32,506 bases of DNA from Macrostomum lignano (Eukaryota). The notes under the pieces are model-generated. The model did no database searches and was not told the DNA's origin. It worked only from the letters and a program-made list of their open reading frames with translations. The DNA lies in the NCBI GenBank assembly GCA_002269645.1, contig NIVC01004880.1, forward strand, positions 1-32,506, written 5' to 3'. Of the stretch, positions 22,801 through 32,500 are shown one piece after another (within the stretch, counting starts at the first letter, position 1; each line of letters opens with the position of its first letter). The position numbers and the translations under genes are program-made.

Positions 22801-25575
22801 CGTTGACTTCGTTATTTCGTTCCGACGGGAAGCTCACCTCATCGAAGGCCGAGACCTGAAGGAACTGGTGGCAGCACTACCTACGCGTCTGAGAGCTACG
22901 AAGAAGGCTTACGAGAGAAGAGGCTCATGACTTAAGGTAAACTTAAGTGCCTAAACCGGGAAGCAGAAGCTCTGTACTTCACTGGTAGCAGCGGTGGGAT
23001 TCAAAGACCTACCAGACCACCTCGAAACAACCCTAAGTACTTCACACTTGACATCTTGGTTCTTTTGAATTTAATACAGACTCTAAAATAAGATTTGGTC
23101 AGTTTTTTCTTCAAAATGGAACCGTGTTCAGTTTGGTCACTCACCTGACGAATGACACGGCATACGGCACCTCCCCATCAGCGGCCGGGTTCTTGCAGCT
23201 GATTAGCCACGATTCGTAGCTCTGGCCCTCACCATCGGGCATAACTTCGATTTCAGCCGGCACGGCCGCCATGACTGAGGCCGCTCGCCGATACCACAGC
23301 TGGCAGAGCACTTTGCCTCCGCCTCCTAACAAGGCAACGGCAAGCACTCGTACCACTGGCCTGCTCGAGCTGTCCCTCCGGTCATGGAAGGCTGAGTAGG
23401 TAGACAAGTTATGATCGCCTGGTCTGATGCTCTGGAAGCGAAACTCCTTCATTGGGTGCGTGAGGGCGATGGTCTTGTGTTAGGAAACTGAATTGGCCTT
23501 TGAATGAATTGATGGAACATGCTTCAATTTCTATGGGGATGATCTTTAGCTTCTGGATCGCCAGAAAACTTGGCTAGTCAATATTTTATGGTGGCTAATT
23601 TTGATCACCTGCTTTAACAGAAACTGGCAAGCATCCTGCTATGCAAGACAGTTATAGAAGCTATCAATTCAAGAGGACTCAATTAGCCGCTCAAATCGTC
23701 TTAATTTTAAGCCACTGTTACAGGCGTCAGAGCTTCTAAACCTCACTGGCCCGAGCGATTGAGCCTAGAAATCTGATGCGGTTTCCGGTTAAAGACTGCA
23801 GTGGCCTGCACTGTATAGAGCTCAGCGCAAACTTGAATAAATCGCTCGAATGAAAGAGGTATAAGCAAGGAAAACCACAGAAAACCTTCAATTCACATGT
23901 TATAAATCAGATGCTGCATAATTCTAAGAAACACTCAATCTTTTTAAATATAAATGTAGGTACACGTAATTAGCGTCTGCAATTGCGGTACAGCCGTAGA
24001 ATCGCATGAGGGGGAATTTTAAAACACTGTCTGCATATTGTGACACGATTTAAATGTGTAAAAGCGTGCTCAAACGGATCGTGATCGCGTGTTGGCTAGA
24101 GTCATCATCTAATGCACGAGAAATCCGAGCGTACAATCATGATTACAATGTAACGTTAGATACTGATGTTGAAGTCAAACTTGATGATCAAGTCAAATCT
24201 CTTTATTAAGACTTCTGAGCAATGGAGAGGCAATCAGACAAAATCTGCCGCGTGGCCAAATGCGCTGCAGGAAAAAAGCTTTGCGGGCAAACCTCGGCGG
24301 GAAAAAACTTGGCGGGCAATTCGCTCGCAGGCAAATTGCACTGCAGGCAATTCTCGTGCTCCCGTACTGATTTTTTCGGCAGCAATTGGCAGCTACGCGG
24401 CTTCAGCTCAGTAAAGCAATTGCTGCCGTTAAAAAATCTGTCCATGTCGTTATTGTAACCCTTTAAAATAAGCTACACTAAAGTGCTGCCTGAGCTAACG
24501 AAGATTTGCAAATGCTGGACCGGATTGAGAATGAATGTGTGCCTGAATCGACCGAGACTCGACGAAAACTTCACGTGGCAAGGTTCCGCCAGTTCCTCAA
24601 TGAGAAGGGGCTCTGCCAGGAGTTTGAGCGCGTACCGCGGATCGATTCCTGAACGATTACCTGAGGCTTTTCTATTTGTCTCTTCAAAAGCAGAATGGAA
24701 CATACTACGCGCCGAAGTCTCTATCTGTTTTCGTGGGGCCATTCACGGCACCTGGAATCCCCGTCCGTCAATCGCTAGGTGAACATCATTACCGGAGAAC
24801 CGGAGCCAAATACATTCGTTATTTTCCGGTAAAAATCTAAAACTGCCGGCAAGCAATTGAGTTGTTTTCGAAAGTCTTACTGCCGAAAACCATAGACAAA
24901 AGGGTACAATACTACTCAATACTTGGCTCTTCTTACTGAAATGTCTATGGCACTCAAAACCAAGTATTGAATCATATATCTACGCTCGTACAGCATAACC
25001 ACAACCATCCTTCGAAGGAATAGATGGGCTGCAATCATTGATGAAAGAATAGAAAGGATCGCTCATCTTCACGATGTTTAACGTTAATCGGGACTTTGGA
25101 ATTTCCCCCGCGTACAAGCTGCAGCCAGTAAGAACTTAGGGGGGACTATTATTAAACTCCACCAGCCAATGAAATTCATGGGGGGAATATCCCAAATTTA
25201 AGGAAGTCTTGTCCAGACTCGCTTTCAGATGAGCGATCCTTTCTATTCCTTCATCCATGGCTGCAATCTGTGCGCAATTGAAATGGGAAAGTTTGTTTGT
25301 CAGGAGAAAGTAAAAAAACTTTACACTTCTTAAGAGTTTACCTGGCCAAGTACAGGAGAATACAGCCAATTTATGCTGCACCATGGCACACGACGCACCT
25401 CATGCGTCTCAGCCATGGTCACGTGACTAACGTCCGCTAAAGAGTCGCTAGCCTTGTTCAGTGGGCTGATGAAGCGCAGACCCGCTATTAAAATCATTAA
25501 TACTGCGAAACACAGAAGGCAGTGACGCCCGGAGTTGCCAATCGAGTGTCGGCCCAGCCTGATTGAAAAGAGCAT
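13868..25575 (-). CDS. Glycosyltransferase family 92 (DUF23/galt-1-like) type II membrane protein, paralogue A; complement(join(13868..14515,14747..14975,23145..23446,25342..25575)), 470 aa
   Basis: Exon lengths 234+302+229+648 = 1413 nt give an open frame with GT-AG sites (phases 0/2/0). There is an N-terminal hydrophobic segment CLLCFAVLMILIAGL. Family-like motifs are TYSAFHDRR, AVCMSPL, ELNRLFGADHFFVY, QDC, DTDEVIVP (DxD), SKMIIKP and LHHY. Confidence 0.88.
14993..15111. repeat. 19-bp minisatellite (CTGAGCTTCAGTTTGTATT), proximal part, intron 2 of GT92-A
   Basis: About 6 copies lie between the exon-3 acceptor and the LTR insertion. Confidence 0.95.
15112..15322 (+). repeat. 5' LTR (211 bp)
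   Basis: TGTAGGG...CTCTTACA. It differs from the 3' LTR by 2 substitutions and 2 one-base indels by eye. Confidence 0.95.
15357..16176 (+). CDS. gag: Retrotransposon Gag with two CCHC zinc knuckles; frameshift near 15540
   Basis: MAQNTLLPPKFSGTDG..W..FEEFA.. is a capsid-like start. Knuckles are CFKCGQLGHRAAQC and CHKCSGRGHKASVC. Stop TAA at 16174-16176. Confidence 0.85.
16164..16212 (+). promoter_or_regulatory. -1 programmed ribosomal frameshift signal (G GGA AAC + 6-nt spacer + hairpin)
   Basis: The heptamer is in the correct gag phase (TCG GGA AAC TTT TAA). The -1 frame reads GKLLRVG into the protease. Stem GGGTTGGTG (16177-16185) pairs with CACCAACCC (16204-16212), with an inner GGGT/ACCC stem. 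Confidence 0.8.
16164..18844 (+). pseudogene. pol: Disrupted pol: aspartic protease, RT thumb only, RNase H, integrase
   Basis: LLDTGA (PR); LNPGKSFF..VTYLGH..SFYRRF (RT C-terminus, no YxDD core); CDSSAVALGAVL/DRELLA/TDHKP (RNase H); H..GHLG..C..C, LDIKGPL, HSDQG and NGNVERFN (integrase). Several 1-nt frameshifts are present. Confidence 0.9.
18953..19161 (+). repeat. 3' LTR (209 bp)
   Basis: Near-identical to 15112-15322 and preceded by a polypurine tract. Confidence 0.95.
19162..19636. repeat. 19-bp minisatellite, distal part, intron 2 of GT92-A
   Basis: About 25 copies, continuing the array in register across the LTR element. Confidence 0.97.
21033..21450 (+). mobile_element. Decayed non-LTR retrotransposon (RTE-like LINE) APE-endonuclease fragment
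   Basis: Across frameshifts it reads KVGMLN, DII(S)LQEV, ALGDLNA and NSRALEDFLERQDMVSANTRFRKP..TF, which follows the motif order of LINE endonucleases. Confidence 0.7.
22033..23002 (+). mobile_element. Candidate LTR remnant followed by a tRNA-Leu primer-binding site; boundaries uncertain
   Basis: TG starts at 22033 or 22054, TATAAATA at 22505, ...TTCA at 22981, then TGGTAGCAGCGGTGGGATTC (22983-23002). That is 19/20 complementary to the 3' end of eukaryotic tRNA-Leu as I recall it. I found no partner LTR or TSD. Confidence 0.5.
24495..24800 (+). mobile_element. Decayed Crypton-like (DUF3504 / tyrosine recombinase-type) transposon fragment in intron 1 of GT92-A
   Basis: Across frameshifts it reads IENECVPESTETRRKLHVARFRQFLNEKG..LNDYLRLFYLSLQKQNGTYYAPKSL(I)CFRGAIH(R)HLESPSVNR*VNII. 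This fits the L..L..FY...K.DG..Y...SL...R..I.RHL pattern I recall for Crypton/ZMYM proteins. Confidence 0.65.
25036..25259. mobile_element. MITE with ~33-bp TIRs and a perfect 8-bp TSD GCTGCAAT; termini related to the 11047 element
   Basis: Ends are CATTGATGAAAGAATAGAAAGGATCGCTCATCT and AGATGAGCGATCCTTTCTATTCCTTCATCCATG. GCTGCAAT lies at 25028-25035 and 25260-25267. Confidence 0.85.
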
Positions 25576-26552
25576 TTCTGCCGATTAGGAATTCCAAACA
25601 GCTGATAGCGATGCTTGATTCTGCCGTGGCTCTCTGCAAAATCTGTTGAGCACCAGCTGTGATGCTGTGAGCTAGCCTCTCTCGGTGTGCTAGGTGTGCT
25701 CAGAATAGCCACTAATATATAGTGAATGCAAGCCTTGCTGTAAGTGTTGCGAAGTTCTCAAGCTGCCGCTGCAGCGAGGCTGTCCTGACCAATTGTTCGG
25801 GAGAACAATGCAGACTCTACCTTCAGTACGTTTAAATTCTTGCGGTGGATTTAGCAGTACAATAGCGAGAACAGAGAAAAATTGCTTTGATAATTTAGCA
25901 CAGTTCTTTGGCCCCAAAACCCGTACGCCAATATACTCTGCTGCTTACGACAACTGCGCAGCGAATTTCAAATCGTTGTGGCCAGTTTAGAGGTTTGTGG
26001 CAAGATAATATAGAGCCAATTCACACAAGGGCCGGTGCATCTTTCATTGTGCTTCTCTGAGAGAGTAAAAAACGTACTGAGAAACTCCACGCATTAGAAG
26101 GCTGACTGGAAATAGGGTAGAGTCTGCATTGTTCTCCCGAACCATTGGTCAGGACAGCCTCGCTGCAGCGGCAGCTTGAGAACTTCGCAACACTTACAGC
26201 AAGGCTTACATTCACTATATATTAGTGGCTATTCTGACCAAACCCAGCACACCGAGAGAGGCTAGCACACAGCATCACAGCTGGTGCTCAACAGATTTCG
26301 CAGAGAGCCACGGCAGAATCAAGCATCGCTATCAGCTGTTTGGAATTCCTAATCGGCAGAAATGCTCTTCTCAATCAGGCTGGGCCGACACTCGATTGGC
26401 AACTCCGGGCGTCACTGCCTTCTGTGTTTCGCAGTATTAATGATTTTAATAGCGGGTCTGCGCTTCATCAGACCACTGAACAAGGCTAGCGACTCTTTAG
26501 CGGACGTTAGTCACGTGACCATGGCTGAGACGCATGAGGCTCGTCGTGTGCA
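25385..26552. repeat. Inverted repeat: arms 25385-25821 and 26116-26552 (~437 bp, ~11 mismatches), 294-bp spacer; covers upstream region and most of exon 1 of both GT92 genes
   Basis: Manual reverse-complement comparison. Each arm has a TATA-like CACTATATATTAGTG about 140 nt upstream of its ATG. Confidence 0.95.
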
Positions 26553-29500
26553 TTGGTGTCGCACAAATGCATCGCATTCTCCTGCCTTTGGCCAGGTAAT
26601 TTTTTACCCTTTAAAATAATTTTTGAATCACACGCGCTGGGGTTTGAAATTTTGGCTGAGACATGGTATGACTTTAAAAGCTGACATAAATTCAGCAAAT
26701 CGCTATTTTTGCTAAAAAGCTTCTGAGAAATATACATCACTTCAAAACGACTGTCGAAGTCATGTCAGGTAAAAGCCGTGTTCAAGAATTTGTGGCCTAA
26801 CAAAAATAAGTCCGTAGAAAATCTGGCAGAGTACGGAAATTGCAAACTGTTTTCGCGAAAACTGTTTCGCCAGTATAGTGTTACAGCCAGAGTTACTTTT
26901 TACGTAGCTTCAGCTCTGGTGGAATTTACCGTGGCGATCGATCCACGCCCTTAAACTGGCATTGCGATTCTCCGAGGACTCCAGAGCGCTTCTTCGCTTC
27001 CCCCGGGGCGGCAGGCAAATGGATCAAAGCGGAATATTTGAATCCGCATCAGCGCTGCGCTGGTGTGGGCTTGTGAGCTAATAGGACAATTGCCGGCAAG
27101 TACGTGCGATATGCCAGAAGCAGTTGGATATTTTAGTACAGTACACTGTGTCCTACGCGCATACTCCCTGCTCATGATCCACTCCTCCCCTCGAAAAAAC
27201 GCGTGTTTATTTTATATCCATTTGCGACAACTTCCCTTAACGTACACGCAACCCATGGGTGTATAACGTTACAGTGTCTTATTACTCTCTGGTCGTGACA
27301 CTGGAGTCCTTGATCGGTGCGGGTGTATCCGGGATCGCTCGTCCCCCCTACGTAAACAGGTAGCCCAGCTTTTGCCCTACTTTCAACTGCATGAGGAGCT
27401 GATACGCTCGTAAGCAGACGTTCGCTCGTAGTTCTGAGTTAACTAACCATTCTGCATAACTCTCTGTTTATATTCACCTGCGAATGGAACGAGTCGGAGC
27501 CTCAAATTAGAATATTTTCAGGTAACGCGGCTCTGGGTCTTGCTCCTGCCCTTCGTCCCGGTTTGTGCTGTTTGTGTTTTTCTGTTTTGGTGTGCTCGGA
27601 GAGTACAAGTGCAGGACTCGACATATAAACAGCAATACTAGTTATTGAATACAGCGAGAAAATAACACAAGAGCCTTAAGAAGAGCTTTGGAGAATTCAG
27701 AACCTGCACTGACCAACGAGCAAACCAATAGACGTGAGAACGGCGATTTGGCCACTGTACAACGAGCGAATCAATAAACGTAACGGCGATTTGGCCACTG
27801 GTACGCCGCCTGCTGCTTGAGTTCGTTATTTTCTGGGAGCTTGTTAGGCTGAGTTCTTGCCAGAGCGTCATAACGCCGGGAGATCATATAGCTTTTTGTA
27901 GTACTGTACCGTCTACTCTATTATAGTGTGTACAACCTACAGTATCGAAACTAGAAGCACCCGAGAGTGTCACCACACCCCGAGCCGCAGCGTGAACTCT
28001 GAGTGTCACAACACCAGAGGGATCGAACTATTATCGCAGAGCGTCGTCACGCCTGCTCGTATCCATAAAAGTACCGACAGAGCGTCACTACGCCTGTTAT
28101 ATTACGTGTAAAATAATTGTACTCGGACTGGGTACCCAAACCGACCCGGGTTACAACACGATCAAAGCGGAATATTTGAATCCGCATCAGCGCTGCGCTG
28201 GTGTGGGCTTGTGAGCTAATAGGACAATTGCCGGTAAGTACGAGCGATATGCCAGAAGCAGTTGGATATTTTAGTACAGCGTACACTGTGTCCTACGCGC
28301 ATACTCCCTGCTCATGATCCACTCCTCCCCTCGAAAAAACGCGTGTTTATTTTATATCCATTTGCGACAACTTCCCTTAACGTACACGCAACCCATGGGT
28401 GCATAACGTTACACAGTGTCTTATTACTCTCTGCTCGTGACACTCGAGTCCTTGATCGGTGCGGGTGTATCCGGGATCGCTCGTCCTCCCCCGTACGTAA
28501 ACAGGTAGCCCAGCTTTTGCCCTACTTTCAACTGCATGAGGAGCTGATACGCTCGTAAGCAGACGTTCGCTCGTAGTTCTGAGTTAACTAATCATTCTGC
28601 ATAACTCTCTGTTTATTTCACCTGCGAATAACTCTGGACGAGTCGGAGCCTCAAATTAGAATATTTTCAGGTAACGTTTTCAGCTGTTTTGAACTTTGTT
28701 TCGGCAATAAATATAATAATAATTAATAATAATTGATTACACCTGACTTAATGGGCAGATGTGCAACCGACAGCTCAGCCGCAGCTATTGCGCGGCGCAT
28801 CTGAATGCTGCGCACGGCTGTTTAGTCCAAGGACTGGGGGTCGCCACACACACCCTCAATTACCCCAGCTAATGCTGGCACCCATTTTACAGCTGGGTGA
28901 ACTGAAGCAATGCAGAGTTAAGTGCCTTGCTGAAGGACACAAATTGTTCCGAGTAGGTCGAGAATCGAACCCTCGACCTTTCAGTCGTGGGTCCGATGCC
29001 CGAACCTCTAGGCTAAAACCCCTCTAAAGGTAGACAACAACCCGCGTATTTACATGGCTAACTTTGAAAGGTCAGTGAATGTCAAGGCAGGCAAGCATTT
29101 CATCTTAAAGGAAATATGATGCTCCCTTGTCCAATACAGGAGCATCAGTTTCTGAGCAGCAATCCCGCGGACAGAAGTTTGTTTACCTACTCGGCCTTCT
29201 ATGACCGAAGAGACAGCTCCAGACGGCCTGTGGTCCGAGTGGTCGGCATCGCCTTGGGTGGCCGGGTAGACGGCCAGCTTTGCCAACTGTGGTATCGACG
29301 AGATACATCGGCGTGGTATCAGCGGTCGGCGATGGTGGCCGTGCCAGCCACTGCGGAGATTGTGCCTGGGGGGCACGCCTGGCCCTACGACTATGTGGTC
29401 ATCAGCTGCATTAATCCGGCCAGAGATCGGGAGGTACCGTATGGCGTGTCCTTTGCTAGGTGAGTACACAGATACTGGAATAAACGGATAGGTCACTTGA

Positions 29501-32500
29501 AAAAATGATTTCATCGATTCTTTCTTCAGTAGCAAAATTAGTTTTTGCCTTTAGAACAAATATATATATATTTGGTTATTCTGTTGTACAAGATATGTAA
29601 AGTTTTGGAAGCTGCAAAAATTGCCTTTCCACAAGCAGACCCATCAAATGAGCATCAGATCTCTTCTCTGTTGACACTGAGCTCTCGACTGCCCCAATCG
29701 GATGCACTGAAACCGAACTGGCGGGATGTTTTGTGGACCTGGCACTAACGCGAGACCTCTGATCCTCAGGTCTCTCGCTGTCCGTCTTGGTACATTCTAG
29801 ATCCACCAGCTTCCTAGACGCCTGGTGCAGATAATCGGCGCTCCAAGGCAGTGTTGGCCCGACGTAGATACCATTTCTCGTAGTTTTCAACCACAAGCTA
29901 GCTTGATCAAGGAGTCCGTGTTTGCCTACCTCCGCCATCACACTCCTCCGCTGCCACAGCTTACTTTTCGGGTCGTGTAGAACCACAATCGAGCCGATTC
30001 GGATTCGGTCGAGACTCTTCTTAGACTTGTGGCACTGCTGCATCACTCACTGTCTTGTGAATTTCAGATGCGGTCTGCTCAATCTGCTGAATTGTGCTGT
30101 GCCATTGGGGTTACAGCTTCGTCAATGAACAGGGAGGGAATTCCTCCATCATCGGATGTCCATACAGAATGATGAAGGGAACAGTATGCCTTTTGCCATC
30201 TTTTCCTGTCTATGTCATATTTCGATAGTCCCAGGATCAACTGATATTCTTTTTTTGGCAGACTTAACTGCAGATTCAGTCCTTCCATTACTTTGGTGAT
30301 GGTAAGGCGATGAGAATCTGGACTCAATTGACAAAGGCGTTGACTTTGAATGGAGGGCCTGAGAACCCGAGTCTGATAGCTCACGGCACGCGTTGATAAA
30401 CTTGTGAGCCGGAGCTCAGAAGCTCAGAATCCCAACTGAAGCTTAGAATACAAACTGAAGCTCAGAATACAAACTGAAGCTCAGAATCCCAACTGAAGCT
30501 CAGAATCCCAACTGAAGCTCAGAATCCCAACTGAAGCTTAGAATCCCAACTGAAGCTTAGAATCCCAACTGAAGCTCAGAATAGAAGCTGAAGCTCAGAA
30601 TACAAACTGAAGCTCAGAATACAAACTGAAGCTCAGAATCCCAACTGAAGCTCAGAATCCCAACTGAAGCTCAGAATCCCAACTGAAGCTTAGAATCCCA
30701 ACTGAAGCTTAGAATCCCAACTGAAGCTCAGAATACAAACTGAAGCTCAGAATCCCAACTGAAGCTCAGAATCCCAACTGAAGCTCAGAATCCCAACTGA
30801 AGCTTAGAATCCCAACTGAAGCTTAGAATCCCAACTGAAGCTCAGAATACAACTGAAGCTCAGAATACAAACTGAAGCTCAGAATCCCAACTGAAGCTCA
30901 GAATCCCAACTGAAGCTCAGAATACAAACTGAAGCTCAGAATCCCAACTGAAGCTCAGAATCCCAACTGAAGCTCAGAATCCCAACTGAAGCTCAGAATC
31001 CCAACTGAAGCTCAGAATACAAACTGAAGCTCAGAATCCCAACTGAAGCTCAGAATCCCAACTGAAGCTCAGAATACAAACTGAAGCTCAGAATCCCAAC
31101 TGAAGCTCAGAATCCCAACTGAAGCTCAGAATACAAACTGAAGCTCAGAATCCCAACTGAAGCTCAGAATCCCAACTGAAGCTCAGAATACAAACTGAAG
31201 CTCAGAATCCCAACTGAAGCTCAGAATCCCAACTGAAGCTCAGAATACAAACTGAAGCTCAGAACCCCAACTGGTCGCATCTGCCCGCAGGTCGGCCTGT
31301 GCTCAGCCCCACGCAGTGCACCCGGTGCTTGCTCTGCCGTCCGAGCCGGTGCGCAACGGCAGATTCGCTGTGTGCATGTCACCTCTTCAGTCCAAGTACG
31401 ACAAGGTGGACGAGCTGGTGCAGACGCTGGAACTGAACCGCCTTTTCGGTGCCGACCATTTCTTTGTGTACAAGCACTCAACGAGCAGGCGAGTGACCGA
31501 GCTGCTTTCGAATAAGCACGTGAGTGGCCTTAAACCCTGGTTGTGCTTCTCAAGTATATACTTTCTGGTGTATAGTTTATGAAAAAAGCATCATCCTATT
31601 AGATGTGCGTACAAACATCATCCACCTAGACTTGTCCAACTGGCCATTTCTTGATTTTAGAGTTGTGAGCCTTCCTCCAGTTCTTAGTATGTATCTTCTT
31701 TTCTCGACCCTTGGTGATTTTAATGTGTACATGTATGTATACGTTGTTATAAAACCTACCGCGCTGATGATTTGTCATGCCGGCGGCTTGGCGGCTGTCT
31801 CCTGGCCGGGTGCCTGAATCCGGCGCCCTATAACGATGGGAAAAGCACTTATGTACTTGTATCTGTGATTCTGACTCCTCAAAAATAATGTTTCTCTTTG
31901 TTTACTCACCTTTTTATTAATATATCTTCACTTACACCAGCCTCATACTCATATCTCGCCCATTCGCACCTGCAGTTTGCCAGTGACGTCACCGTCCTTC
32001 CCTTCCAACCGCCATTGAAAGTAGACGTCGACCCGCAGCCTCCCGGCTACGTTGTAGAATTGAAGTATTTCGGCCAGTGCGCGATGCTGCAGGACTGTCT
32101 GATGCGCGCTGCGGCTCAGTACGAGTTCGCGGTTTTCACCGACATGGACGAAGTGATTGTTCCGAGAGGAGAGCGGTTTCGCAGCTGGCGGGACCTGACC
32201 CGAGCTTTCATGTCGGACGGTAGCATCGGTGGTCTGGCATTTAAGAACGCATTCTTTCGGCTTGAATGGGCCAGCGATCCCGAGGTCTCGCGTAATGCCA
32301 CCATCACTGGTCTGAAGCTGAGCGCTCTACTCAAGCTGCGCCGCGAGGCCGAGATCTATTCGCCGATATCCAGGTCGAAGATGATCGCCCAGCCCCATCA
32401 TGTCCGCATTCTGGGGGTGCACAATGTGTGGCGCTATTTTAATGGGAGAAGCACCGAGTACGTTAAATTCGAAACAGCAGGACTGCACCACTACCGCAGG

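Noticed and set aside
24230-24400. Loose GGCAA(A/T) periodic motif, also near 6740-6830
   Set aside because: Too degenerate to define a unit or element ends by eye.
25497-26440. Mirror-image 71-aa ORFs (MAILSTPS.. / MAILTKPS..)
   Set aside because: They are alternate-frame readings of the inverted-repeat arms. Their similarity is explained by DNA identity, although they could act as upstream ORFs.
27842-28158. Possible solo LTR (TGTT...AACA) in the spacer between the direct repeats
   Set aside because: No matching TSD at any candidate boundary and no PBS or PPT.
30079-30384. 101-aa minus-strand ORF next to the putative integrase tail
   Set aside because: No DDE or other diagnostic motif could be read, so I did not extend the element call over it.
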